Source of the DNA: Prorocentrum cordatum
Lineage: Eukaryota
DNA length: 64,000 nt
Assembly: GCA_963575745.1 (NCBI GenBank)
Contig: CAUYUJ010000170.1
Span: 558,001 to 622,000 of the forward strand
Direction: 5' to 3'
The notes under the pieces are model-generated. The model was not told where the DNA came from, ran no database searches, and saw nothing but the letters and a program-made list of their open reading frames with translations. Made by a program: the position numbers and the translations under genes. Shown piece after piece: positions 32,012 to 46,300 of this stretch. Each line of letters opens with the position of its first letter. Position 1 is the stretch's first letter.

Positions 32012-32460
32012 TACCTACATACATACCTACATACATACATACACACATACATACATACACACATACACACATACACACATACATACGTACATACATACGT
32101 GTTTACATACAAGCATACATACATGCATCCATGCGTACGTACACGCATACATACATCCATCCATGCATCCATCCGTCCATCCAAACATCCATACATACAT
32201 ACGTACATGCATACACATGCATATTGGCACACACATGTATCAGCACACATCTTCTGTTGACACATATATATATATATACACATGTTCACATAGTGTACAG
32301 ATGCATGCATACACACACCTGTATACATCTATATATGCATATATATATATATATATATATATGGATTATTTTGACATGCGTACAAGAATGCAGGCAAACA
32401 TACATAACCAAACATACACACATTATGTATGTGTACACATTGGTGCATACGTACATGCAC
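31440..32460. repeat. (CATA)n/(CATACA)n microsatellite
   Basis: Directly visible. Confidence 0.95.
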
Positions 32461-32749
32461 GGAAGGTCCCGGCCCCGGGTCACCGGGCATTGCGGAGCCA
32501 GACTCGGGCACCCCAGTTCTTTTTCGATTTCTCGCAGCCCCAGACGAGGCGTCGTAGAAGCCCCCAAAGACTCCCTTCTTAAGGGAACTCCCGAGTCAAC
32601 CTGGCAGTGCCCACCAGCAATTTGCGATGATAGACCCTCGAGCGCGACTAGAACCTAAGCTCGAGCAAAGCGCGCGCGTGGTTCTAGTCAGAAATCTGAG
32701 AAGAACGTCCGCTTCCCTCAGCAGCAAGTGAAGACGCCCTTCAAGGCGA

Positions 32750-35700
32750 GTTTGCGCAAACCTCCGCGCATGCTCAGCATTGGCCTCGAGGAGGAGGAGG
32801 GAGGAGGAGGAGGAGGAGGAGGAGGAGGAGGACGAGGAGGAGGGAAGGCGAGCCTTCGATGAGACGGTCGGCATGGCTTGCTTCACCGATCTTGAGGAGC
32901 TGGAGGGCGTGGTGGCGGACCCCCGGGCGCGCCGTGAAAACATCGAGGACCTGGTCACCTTTATGCGTGACCAGGTGCCCATCTGGCTCAAGATGGGCCC
33001 GGGCAAGCAGCTCTACTGGAGGCACGAGGTTGCCAGTGAGGTGGGATGGTCAGCAACGGGCAGTGGGTGGCAGGCGAGCAAGGCGAGCCTCGTCAGAGAC
33101 GACGGTTCAGACAGCGACAGCGAGGGCGAGGGCGGCCAGGGTATGGCGCGGCTGCGCGGCGAGGCCTCCGGCGATCAGGGCAACTCCAGGGCCGCGGTCG
33201 GCTTTGAGCAGAAGGTCTTGGGCTGTTGCAGCGCAGAGAATGAGCCCCAGTTTCAGTGGGCCATCACGTGCGTCGCGCTCGCTGGTGCGCGCCGCAGGCT
33301 GAGAAATATTTCCGAGGATGGGAGGTGTGCGAAACGTTGGGCGCAAAGATGGGGCAGATCATTGAGTCGCTGGCCAGGTCGCTGAGGCCCTCGAGGACGC
33401 GAGTGTTTTCGAAATCGATCTCCCCAGACTTCGTGCGGAATTTATTCTTGTATTCGAGGGGGAGGGTGTGTGGTGTGTGGGGGTGGGGTAGGGTGGGTGG
33501 GTGGGTGGGTGGGTGGGGGAAAGATAGGGTGACGCATGCGGCACGATCGGGTCCAGCTTTAACCGTCGATCTCTCCCGCCCCCCACCCCCGTGGCCTGCC
33601 GCGGGAACGCCGTCGGTGCAGGGGGTGCGTTACTCTTGGGACTGGAGTGTCGGCAGGACCGCGGAGGAAATCATGCGAAACCAGAATGGGGCCTGACTGG
33701 AATCTGCGTGGTTCGGCGGGCTGGGGGGAAGGGGGCTGGGGAGGAGAGCAGCAGGGGTGAGGGTACGAACGGAGGAGTGGCGGCCAGAGGAAGGTGGAGG
33801 AGGGATAGGGGGAGATTTCGACGACGCCCGCTCCGGACGGACCATCCAGGCCTCCGGAACAGGATGGATGAGCTGGGAATCCGATTGTATCAGCAGCCTG
33901 TGTGATTCGAGGATAAACTCATCACGTGCTGGAAGATTGAGGATAAAGCAAAACCAGCACCAGTCTCCGTGGGCCTGAGGGACAGGTTTGCAGGCGGGTT
34001 CAGTGAGTCGGCCTTGAGCACAACCGCTGCTTACAACCGGTTCTCCTGCTTCGTCAGGGGTACGATGGCAGCCGCTGTTAAGTTACGGACGCGGACGCGG
34101 CCCATTGGGTGCAGGCGGAGTTGAGGAGGAGACATTGGGAGCTGAGGGAAGAATGAAAGAATTGCACCGCGTGGCGCAGTTTGAGAATATCAGAGAGAGA
34201 GAGAGAGAGACAGAGAGACGTTAAAGTGCGGCGCCCACGAGATTATCAGGGCGTTTTGCGATGCGATGGAGGATGCAGAGAAGGACTTTGAGCGCGAACG
34301 CGCGATCGATAAGGTCATGGCGGGGAAGTAGGGATCTCCTACATAGGGCCAGAACAACCAATTTGGTGGGTTCGGGGATTCGCGTCGTAGCGCCGATGCA
34401 TCAGCGATGCCAACTGACGTCGAGTTTCGGCGATGCATCGGCGATGCGGCGCGTTCTCCCGACCCCCATCGAGTTAACTACTCGGGCCTCATCCGGGAGG
34501 CGCAGAGGAACGGGCGGACCGTCCTGAGGGCAAAGCTGAGTAAGAAAACGTTCGTGCAATTCTCAGATGGGCCGTGGGGTGCGGATTGCGTGTTGAGCGC
34601 GCGCCGTTTCAGGCGTGCCTTGACAGAGAAGGGGCGCGACGACCTCGACGGTCAGGGCCGCCCCAAACAAGTGCGCTGGGCGACCGAAAACAAGCAGGAA
34701 CAAAGTACGCCATCTCAGTTCGACCAGCCTGGGGGCTTGAGGGTGCGTCGGCCGTGAATGACTTCAAGGGGCAAGCCAGTTTCATTTCCGATGTGGATCT
34801 GCTGGGCGGCCAGGAGGGCCTAGAGGATATCCAGGAGGTGCTGATGACGCCGCGCGAGAAAGGGGCGGCTCTCGGCATGGGTCAGTGCTTAACAAATCAG
34901 AAACCCGACACTTATAAACCGCTTGCATGGAAGTCGCGGCGACTGGACAAGGTTTCCGAATGGGGGGTCGGGCCAGGGCCGACGCGCTGAAGGGCGTCGG
35001 GGAGCTCCCGCATCAGGGGCGCCCCTGGGCTCTGGCCACCCAGGCGCCCTCCGCGCCGACTGGGCAGCAGGAAAATCAAGAGCGGTGAGATGCATAATAA
35101 CGAGGTAAAAGCGAAGAGTCGCGACGACAAGGTCGAAGGCAGGCAGAAGTAGCGCGGCCGCGCAGAGAAGGGTGGGGGCGGGGAGGAAAAGGTGCATTGG
35201 ATGAAGGAACTCGAGGACTAGAACTCGCATGTGGGCCAGTGGGAAAGAAGTAGCGGGAGAAGTCTGGATAATGGTCGTTGGATTTAATAAAGATGACGCG
35301 CCCTGCGGTCGCGTTGGCCGCTGCGCGGGCGCTGTTCGGAACGGTCAGGAGCTGGTTTTCGTGCTGGAGGACATGGCGTTCCACGCCGCGCCCCTGGGCA
35401 GCTCGATCGAGTGCGGGGAGAATGTTTAGAAACCCACGTTTCTGATGACGTTTGAGCGCGTCAGCTGGCTGACGAAGTTTAAGATGCTCGGCGGGCCTGG
35501 GATGACAGTCCATATATCAGCCCCCCCCCGGCTGAGACCGGCGCGACAAATGGGCGCGCTCATGGAGCAGGCGCGCACTCAGCGACGGACAGTGCTCTTT
35601 CAGCGTGCGCTTCCTAGGCTCAGGTTCCACGTCTGACCCCCTGACCGCCTGGCCGTCTACCTTCAGTGCGGCGCGGAACGGGGCGACGTCAGCGAAGCGC

Positions 35701-35845
35701 CCGTCGAGTAGGCGGCTCAGAGGTCGTTGGGTCTGCGGCAAGCTGCTGTTCCCCGCGCGGCGCCCTCAGTGCGATGTGCATCTGGCAGTGCACGGGGCGC
35801 TGCTTGTGGTTCAGGCCTTTGCGGGGGATGTAGACGCGAGGTGCT
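32750..35845 (+). pseudogene. Decayed pogo/Tc5-like DDE transposase
   Basis: Ordered motifs across frames: FMRDQVPIWLK (32,960-32,992), YQQPV*FED (~33,890), LRDRFAGG (~33,980), GTMAAAV/*VTDADAAH (~34,060-34,105). Many stops and frameshifts, and an apparent insertion at ~33,400-33,740. Confidence 0.5.
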
Positions 35846-37818
35846 GCGACGCCCCCGACGAGAAGAGAGGGAGAGAGAGAGAAATACATATGACTATAAC
35901 AAGACATCACACAACAAATCAGAGAGAGTGAGAGAAACACACACATAATATTATATTATATGATATGTATTCTAATCTATGATAGTACATTATTTTGGAT
36001 CATAGTGTATTCTAGTGTATAGTGTTTTATTATAGTATGTTGTATTATGTTCTGTTATCTTATGGTATCTTACAGTGTATCATATCACATTACACTATAT
36101 TATGGTATGTTGTATCATATCATGTTACAGCATTATTTATTTAAAAAAACCAAAAATGTCGTGTATTTTATTACGTTCTGCTATGCAATATGATATTGTA
36201 CCATCGTACATTTTATTCTATTTACCATATCCTACCATGCCATCTTATACCATAGTGGATGATTATATATTTTCTTGCATTGCACAATATAGTGTATTAT
36301 ATTCCAGTTTATTTTTTATATTATGTCACATTGAATTTGATTATATTACGTTCGTATGGTATTGTAACATATTATAGTGTAGTGCACTTTTTTGTTTATT
36401 TATACCATATTTTCATATTGTAGTGTATTATATTATATTATACTATCGTATAGTGAATTATATTATATTCTATTTTATTATATTATATTGTATTTTATTA
36501 TGTTTTATTATTTCATGTCATAGTGTATTATATTTATTTTATTATATCATATTATATTATATCACATTATATCATATTACATTGTATCACATTACATTAT
36601 AGTCTATCATATTCTATGATATTACATATTTTTATATTGTTTATTGTATTATATTATATTATATTATATTGTATATTATCATGGTATATTACATTGCGTT
36701 ATATTTATCATATCGTGTTTTGTTATTACTTTCAAACTATTGTACATGAATATATTATCTCATATACTATACGATGACATTATTTAATAGTATATTATAT
36801 CATATGGTCTTATGTTATTTTATATTATATGATATTGTATTCTAGGTTCTCATATTTCATATAATATTATATCATAGTATACCATCGTATACTAAATGTA
36901 TATATATATATACACAAGACTGCAGTGGCGCTTCGCGCCATTCACCTTGGTCCTTGCAGGTTGGTACGCAGGCGGAACAGCAGGAAGGTCCAGCCGACAA
37001 TTTGGCCATAACTCCTTGTTGCCTTTTCCGGCATCGTCGCTATAATAATGTTATTCGTCATCCTTGCTCCATGCTTCTTTTTCTTCATTTTGGGCCATAC
37101 CCTGCGCCTCCTGGGAGTATTCTGGGGGCCTAAGGGGGCTTCCTCGGGCCACCCTGCCTCCAACCGCGGTCTCCTTGAACGACCCGGTCACGCTATGGAA
37201 TGCTTCGGAGGGTGTCTTGGGGCTATCTTGGGCCGCCGCGGGGCTCTCTGAGGGCCATCTTGGACCCGTGTTGTGCCGTTTTGGGGCTCTTTTGGACTGC
37301 CTGGAAGCCCTTTCGGATGGTTGTGGGGCGATTTTGGAGCCTCCCAGGTGGCTTCGGACGCCCAGAAGACCGCCGTCTTGGAGCGTCGGGAAGCCGAAAA
37401 GAGGATAACCCCCAAATTCACCAACAACCAACAGGAAATCCTGGATGTTTGCCTCTTGGGGCCTTCTTGGGAGCGCTCTTGGAGGCCTCTTTGGGGCCGT
37501 CCTGGAGGCCTCTTGGGCCATCTTGAGGTCACGTCGGTCACTCTTGGAGCGCTGTTGTGCTGTCTTGGGGGTCTCTGGGACGTTTCCGATGACCCCCCTG
37601 ATCGCCCTAGGTGTGCCGGGAAGGCTTGGCAAAACGCTCTGCGAGGCCCGGGGGGGCCGCTTCGAGGCCCGTCCGGAGGGTCCCAAAGCCCCAGATCCCG
37701 AGAGTCCTTTTTTTGTTTGTTGGGGGGGGGGGCCCTGCCCGGGCTTATAAACATATAGGAAGGGGAATACATATACATACGCACAAGCACATATGTGTGT
37801 ATATATATATATATACAT

Positions 37819-37911
<93 letters not shown>

Positions 37912-40900
37912 AAAAACAAAAAAACATAAAAGAGAAAGAGAGAGAGAGAGAGAGAGAAATCTCAGCGAATAGGCCGATTCAGCTCAGAAGGGGCAGTCCC
38001 GGGCGCCGAGTCGCCTCGGGGCGTCGCCCGCCAGCGCGATTCCAGGCGGGGCGGCTCAGATTGCGGTCTCCGGGTCGCGCTCTCCGCGGGGGTTCGAGGC
38101 GGGCCCTCGACGGTGAGGGCGGCGCGCCGTGCGCCGCGGTTTGGCAACCGGGCTTAGGCCGCCAGGCAGCCGGAGAAGGCGCGGCTGGTGTGGGTCCAGG
38201 CATCCCTGCTGGAGGAGGCGAAGGCAGAGGTTGCCGCGGGGGCCCATTCAGCAGAGAGTCGACGCGATGGCGTTCGCGCGGAGGCAGGCTGAGGCGCTCC
38301 AGCAGAGGGCTCAGGAGGCGTCGCGGTTCCCCCGTCTGGGCGCCAGGTTTCTGCCCGATGAGATCCCTGAGGGCCCGGGGGGGTGGGGAGCAAGCCGCGC
38401 CGGGGACGCCGGGGGACGAGGAGTTCAAGGAAAAGGCTCGGAAGGCGATTGCGGTCGTCTTTGCAGCGGCCGAGGTGGAGGAGAGGGTGGCCGATGAAAA
38501 GGCCGCTCAGCAGGCGGCTGTGTAGAGGGAGATGGACTCCGACAAGTGGTTGCGTCATGAAAGCACGATCCATGAGGAATGGCCCAAGAGCGCCGTGGAA
38601 CAGGCGGAGGGGGAGATGGGCAGTCAGCGAGAACTGCCAGAAGATGAGGCTGCGGCGAATGAGACGCAGGCCGACGGGAGTGCCGAAGAAAAGGCACGGG
38701 ATGAGGCTGAGGAGGAGAAGGAGGAGGAGGAGGAGGAGGAGGAGGAGGAGGAGGAGGAGGAGGAGGAGGAGGAGGAAGAAGATGTGGAGGTCGAGGAGGG
38801 GCAGGCCGAGGAGGCAGATTCGGTGCCAGTTTCATACGAGGGCGAGGAGCAAGATTAGCGCAAGGCGCAGGCGCAGGCCAAGCAGGGGAAACCGAAGAGA
38901 ACCGGTCGAGGAGGAGGCTCCGGGAAAAGTGGCTGAGGAGGAACAGCATCAGCGAAAGGCTAAGGAGCAGGTTGCGGTTGCAGCCTTGGAGGACCAGCTC
39001 CAGCGGGGCGACGAGGGCTGTGAGACGTGGACCAGGAGCCTGGGTGCGCAGATGCTTCAGGTCATCTTCGATCACGTGTGCCTGTCCAGCCCCGTCACCG
39101 CTGGGCTCAAGGCGTGCGTCGATGAGATGGAGCAGAGCGTCAAGGTCTGCTCCAAGTGCAGCTTCACCTTGCGCTGCGTCGTCTGCAATCACGATCGCGC
39201 CTGGAGGGGCGTCGCCAGGAACTGGGGGCCGCTGGAACGGTGGCAGCGGGCGACCGTGAACGTGCCGAGAGGCATGAAAGGGGCGCTGCCGCGGACCTTT
39301 GACGCAGTCTCACGTCGAGAGTTGGGAGCCAAGTGCTGAGAAATTCCATGTCGCGCAGGGCCCGGGGACCAAACAGGAGTTGAGGTAGGTCGTGATTTCA
39401 ATTGCTTCACCTCGTGTGTTTTCAGTATTGCGCCATCTTTGCCGCTTTACTTGGCGCGTGGGCCGTGTAATTACCTCAGCGTGGATGAGTTGGTACTTCG
39501 TTGTTACCTCGTTACTTTTTAGTCGTTGGCAAGTTGAGTCTGACGTCGTTTCTTTTCCCTGTTTCCGAATCTGTTTTTCGGTATTATTCGGACCGATCTG
39601 AGAGAACCTCCTCCTCGCCTCCTCTGCCTCCTGTTCCTCCTCTTCCTCTACCAGAGTGACCCATTCACACCCAGACTCACTCATACTGACTCATATTCAT
39701 ACTCACTCACACTCAGACTCAATCGCACTCCGACTCACGCAAACTCAGACTCATTCGCACTCATACTGATTCGCAGTCAGACTCATTTGCGCCCATATTC
39801 ACTTGTATTCAGATCAGTACGCTCAGGTTCATTCGCAGTCAGAATCACCAACACCGAGACTCCCTTACTCTCGGACCCAATCACAGTCATTCTAATTCGC
39901 ACTTGTACTCCTCTCGTGCTCGGATTCATATGTATTCGCATGCATTGGTGGTCCAATGCCCAACCCCGGTAAAGCAAACGTAGCATTTGGGCACCCCGAG
40001 GAAGGGGCGCCAAGGGCCAGGGCATTCCAGGATTCGCGCTCAGATTGTGGGGAAGTCTCAGGCTCTTTGCTTGTGTGCATGCCCAACGCTTTCAGCTTCC
40101 GGGCCAGATTCAGGGGGTGTTTCAGGCGAGGCGCTGGTTTCGACATTCCTAATTCGGGTGGGGGAGGTCAAAATTGAGGGCGCCCCAGGATTTGCGCCCA
40201 GATTGAAGGGATGTCTCAGCGCCCAGATTGTAGAGATGTCTCGGGCGGTTTGCTTGTTTGCGTGCAAAACATCTTTTACTTTCAGACAGATTTCAGGATG
40301 TCTCAATCGAGGCGCTGGTTTTAACACCCCGATGGGGGGGGGGGCGCCAGGGGTCAGGACATTCCAGGGTTCACGCCCAAATTGCGTGAATGTCTTAGGC
40401 GGTTTGCTCGTTTGCGGGCTCAACAATCATTGCTTCTGGAACAGGTTTTGAGGATGTCTCAGGCGGGGCGGTGGTATCAGCATTCCGAAAGGGGTGCACT
40501 TGGGGTCAGGACATTGTATAACTCGCTCCCAGATTGTGGGGGTGTCTCAGGCGTTTTGCTTGTTTCGGATCATCACATTTGATGCTTTTGGATCAGATTC
40601 TGAGGATGTCTCAGGTGAGGCGCTGGTTTCATCACTCCTTGGGGGGGGGGTCGCGAGGGGTGGGGGCATTCCTGGGTTCGCGCCCAGATTGTGGGGATGT
40701 CCCAGGTGGTTGCCAATTTCGGACCGTAACATCCTTCCTGCTTTCGGAGCAGATTCTGAGGACGTTTCAGGCGAGGCGTTTTTTTCAGTGGTCCTAGGGC
40801 GGGGGCGCCAGGGGTGGGCTTGGGGGCACTCCAGGGTTTCCGCCCAGATATTGGGGTTATCTCAAGCGGTTTGCTTGTTTCGAACCATCACATTTGATGT

Positions 40901-41815
40901 TTTTGAGTCAGATTCTAAGGATGTCTCAGGCGAAACGCTGGTTTCAGCATTCCTAGCAGGGGGGCGCCATGGGTGGGGACATTTCAGGATCGCGCTCAGA
41001 TTGTTGGGAAGTCTCAGGCAGTTTGCCCGTTTGCCTGCCCAGCATCCTGTGCTTTCGGAGCAGCGTCTGAGGATGTTTCAGGCGAGGTGCTGGTTTCAGC
41101 ACTCCTAGATGGTGGTGGTGGTGGTTGTGGTGGTGGTGGTGTTGGTGGTGTTGAATTTTTATGTTTGAATAATTATTGTTGATCCCCCCACCAGTGCATA
41201 CTGTTTTTTCTCAAAGTGTGCCCCTCGACGCTCGCACTTTGTTTTTTGACAAGGAAAGTCTCCCTGGTCAAACTGGCCCCTTGGCCCCTGGGTTCCAACA
41301 ACAACGGCTCCCGCCTGAGACCTCCTCACAATTTAGCCAGGACCCCCGCTCCCGCCCGACATTTCCTCGCATTTTATTAGGAATCGCGTTCTCGCTTGGG
41401 ACTTCCTTACAATTTATTCAGGAATCGCTCTCCCGGAGCTCTGGAGTCGCGCTCTCGCTGGAGACTTGCTTGCAACTTACTGAAGAATGGCCTTGCGTTG
41501 GAATTTCGTACAATTTGCCCAAGCGCCGCGCTCCCGACACCCAGGCACCCAGGAGTCGCGCCCGTTGTGCATGCCCTTCGTGGCCCCGCTGTCGCCGTTT
41601 GTGTCCCCCTCACTGTCCTACGTGGCCCAGTTGCTACCCTCAGTGGCCCCATAGTTGCTTTCTGTGGCCCCGCATTAACTGCATTTCGTGGCCCCCGCTC
41701 GTTCGCGCTCTTCGTGGCCCCATACGCATTCCCTTCGTGTCCCCGCTGTCGCCCTTCGTGGCCTACTTCGTGTCCTTCGTGGCCCTGCTGTCGTTCTCTC
41801 TCGCTCTCGCTTTCG

Positions 41816-41868
<53 letters not shown>

Positions 41869-43303
41869 CGTCGTCGTCGTCGTCGTCGTCGGTCCCCTGT
41901 CCGTCCCTCTGGGGGTCGGGTCGACGGTCCGCGGCCGCCCCGCCGATCAGCGCTGCCGCTGGCCAGGCCGACGGTCCGCGGCCGCCCCGCCGCTTGCCGG
42001 GGCCTGGCCTGCAGGGAAGAAAGGTATACCCCCCAAAAGGGGTTCGATCGAAGACGGAGAGGGCGGGTATCGAGGGTTTGGGAAATACACGTTATTGGAC
42101 ACTCGAGCAGATAAGGGCGAACGGTCTTAAAATGATTGTTGTTGAACATTATTAATTCTAAAGAATAATTATTGTTGGGGCCCCTGGTGCGCGCCCCCCC
42201 CGCCGCGCCTAGGCCGCAGCCACATTTTCATCATTTTCGTGAGGAAGTCTCAGGCAAAACGGGGTATACCAGATCCGGTTGTGTTGTTACGATCGGTTTT
42301 CCCTTGCAAAAAATAAGGCAAAGTGGACATTTCTTGTTCTAACATGACCAAACTTCAAGAATCCCTTGCAAAAAATGACACGAAGTGCACATTCGCGCGC
42401 GCAAGACGAAATCCTTCCAAAACCTTAGTCTTCGTAGCGATTTTCACATAAAAACATGAAAAACCCAATGGTTTTTCAAAAAAAGGGTTTCAAAAATTCA
42501 CCCCGCGCGCTCTTGCGGATTTCTTAGGAAACCCAATACTTTTTCAACATTTCTGTCAAACGGGCTCTTGCGAGCAACTTTTTCACGTGCTTCGAACTTC
42601 TGCAACAAAGGTTGCGCGCCTGCCAGGGCCATCATCCCTGTCAAATAATACCATGTGGGACACATTCGTTTTTTCTTCGCGCGCGCACGCCGAAATCTTC
42701 AAAAATCATTGGGTTTCTTAGGAATTTTAGCACCGCGCAACATAAAATCATACGAATCGCACCGTAGGTTCTCGAAAAACATCTGTACGAATTTTCAAAA
42801 TTTCTACCCGCGCGCGCTGTCCGAATCCTTAAAAACCAATGGTTTTTCAACATTTATGTTATAGAGCTCGCGCGAGCTGTTTTCGCAAGCTCTTTCAACG
42901 GCGTTCGCGCGCCTGCCAGGGGCCACAATCCCTTGCAAACAATATCATGCGGGACACATGCGCGCGTCGTCGCGTCGTCGTTGTCGGCATGGTACCACAA
43001 CAAGTCAGTGTGTCACCACGTCATCGAACAAAATCACTGATCACTGTAGTCACCAGTGTCACCAGTGTCACCAGCGTGTCACCACCCATGCGCCAGTGTA
43101 GTAGCCAAGGTCGTCCGCAGGCCACGAAGTGAAGTGTCCGAACGTCATAGGGCGGGAAGCTGGGTGTGGGTGGTGGCGAAGAGTCGTTTGGAAACTTGGT
43201 AGAGCTTGAACCGGCCCCCCCACAAAGTGGGGGTATTGCCCGCATCCTATGAAAACCCTGGCACTGGTGAGAACGGAGTGTCCCCAGTCTTAAATGATTG
43301 TTG

Positions 43304-43335
<32 letters not shown>

Positions 43336-46300
43336 GGTGGTGGTGGTGGTGGTGTGTGTGTGTGTGTGTGTGTGTGTTTGTGTGCGGGGGGTTAAGGGGC
43401 GGGGCGCTCCAGGATTCGCATCCAGATTGTGGGGATGTCTCAGGCGGTGTGCTTGTTTCGGACCGTCTCACCTTGTGTTTTCGGAACATATTTTCTGATG
43501 ATGCCTCAGGCGAAGTGCTGGTTTCAGCCCTCCGAAGAGGGGGCGCTAGGGTCAGGACATTCCAGGGTTCGCACCCAGATTGTGGGGATGTCTCAGGCGG
43601 CTTTTTCTCATGCCCAGCATTCTGTGCTTTCAGAGAAACTCTGAGGATGTCTCAGGCGAGGCGCTGGTTTCAGCACTCCTCAGGGGGGCGCCAGGGGTGG
43701 GGGCCACTCCAGGATTCGCGCCCATATTGTGGGGATGTCTCCGGCGGTTTGCCTGTTTCGGACCGTCGCATCTAATGCTTTCGGAGCAGATTCTCAGGAT
43801 GTCTTCTTAGGGGGGCGCCAGGGGTGGGGGCACTCCAGGATTTGCGCCCAGATTGTGGGGGTGTCTCAGGCGATTTGCCGGTTCCGGATCATCACATTTG
43901 ATGCTTTAGGATCAGATTCTGAGGATGTCTCAGGCGAGGCGCTGGTTTCTGCACTCGTAATGGGGGGGGCGCCAGGGGTGGGGACATTTCAGGATTCGAG
44001 CGCAGATTGTGGAAGTGTCTCTGGCGGTTAGAGCAGATTCTGAGGATTCCAGTCGTAATCGCATTAACATACACACATTCAGACTCATACTCAGACTCAT
44101 TCGTATTCAGAGTCACGCGTATTAGGATTCAACCGCGTCGAAGTCATACTCAGACCCATTCGGACTCAGACATGCCAGCGCCCAGGCTCATTCATCCACA
44201 CTCAGACTCAATCGTACTGATATTCGCTCATGCTCAGACGCACCCGTATTCAGACTTTCCCAAAGTTAGACTCGCTCACATTCAAATTCATTTAGCCGTA
44301 CTCAGACTCATTTAAACCAAGACGCATTCGTACTTAGACTCGCTCACATTCAGACTCGCTCGCATTCAGGCTCAGTCACACTTAGGCTAACTCACACCCA
44401 GATATATTCATTTGCATTCAGATTCGCTTCGCAAGCCCTCAAGCTCACCCAAACGCAGACCCACTCGTACTCAGACTCACTCGTACTCAGACTCGTACCC
44501 ATCAGACCCGCCTTACTCAGACTCACACACACACAAACTCGGATTTACTCGCATTTCCACTCGCTCATGTTCAGACTCGATCGCACTCCTCCTTACTCAC
44601 ACTCAGGCTCGCTCCTACTCAGACCCAGGCTCGTTGCTCATATTCAGACCCACTCGCACTTAGGCTTGCTCACGCTCAGACTTGCTTCCGCTCAGACTCA
44701 CTCGCATTCGGGCCCACTCGTACTCAGTCCTACTTATATTGAGGCTCTCTCATACACTCAAGCGCAATCATACCTGGGCTCACTCGCACTCCGACTCACC
44801 AACACGTCAATCATTCACACCCAGATCACTCATACCTCCTCACCTCCCTCCTCCTCTTCCTTCTTCGCACTCAGATGCACTCGCGCTCAGACTTACTCAT
44901 GCTCAGACTCACCTATCAACATACTCACTCACACCCAGGCCCGCTCACACTCAGATTCAGTCATACTCAGACTCACACGCACACTCAGACTCACTCGCTC
45001 TCAGATTTACTCACGGTTAGGCCCACTCACAGTCAGACTCAGCCTCGCCAGGCCAATTTTCAGACTCATTCACACTCAGGCCTGCTCACACGCAGATTCA
45101 CTCACAGTCAGACTCACTCGTAGTCAGACTCATTCATACTCAGACGCAACCTTACTCAGACTCTTTCATACATAGGATTCGCTCACACCAAAACCCATTC
45201 AGTCATACTCAGACTCACTCATGCCCAGACACACTCGGACTGTGATTCGCTCACCGTCAGACTCGCTTGCATTCAGGCTCAGTCACATTTAGGCTAACTC
45301 ACGCTCGGATGTACTCTCATCCAGATTCGCCAACCCTCAGACTCTCTCATACGCAAGACCACTCGTACTCAGGCTCATTCGTATTCAAACTCATAACCAT
45401 CACATTCTCAGACTCACTCACAGTCGGACTTACTCACACTCAGACTGGCTCATACCCGAATTTGTTCATACTCAGTGTCACTCATATTCAAAGACACTCA
45501 CACTCAGACTCTTTCCAACTCAGACTCAGACTCGCCATTCCTACTCAGACCTACTCACGTTCAGACTTGCTCACACTAAGACTCACCCACACTCCGACTC
45601 AGTCATACCCAGACTCAGTCATACTCAGACTCACTCACACTCAGACTCATTCAGATTCTGACTCACTCATAACCCAGACGCACCCACACTCAGACCCAGT
45701 CGCATTCAGGCTCAGTCATAAAGGGACTCGCTCACACCCGGATTCATTCACAATCATATTCGCCCATACTCAGACTCATAGACGCACGCACGTTTAGACT
45801 CACTGGCACTCAGACTCACTCGCACTTAGATTCACTCATGCTCAGACTCAGACTCAGACTCGTCGAATTCCTATTCAGACCCGCTCACATTCAGACGTGG
45901 TCACACTCAGACTCACCCACGCTCAGGCTCACCCATGCCCAGACTCATTCATACTCAGGTGCGCCCGTACTCGGACCTCTCTCACACCTGAACTCACTCA
46001 AACTCAATCTCGATCATTCCTGGGCTTACTCACATTCAGACCCACTCACACTCAGATCACCCGCGCTCAGATCCACTCGCAGTCTTCCCTGTTTTGATTG
46101 GTCAATGCTCCCTCGCTCTTCACTAGAGATTCGCTCATCTCTCCTGAAAATGCCCAGAGGACGAGGAGGAGGAGGAGGAGGAGGAAGAAAGGAGGAGGAG
46201 GAAGAGGTGGAGGAGGAGGAGGAGGAGGAGGAGGACGTCGCCGAAGTCGTCGTCGTCTTCACGCCCGTCGTCTACGCGGACTCGCTCTCGCACCCGGATG

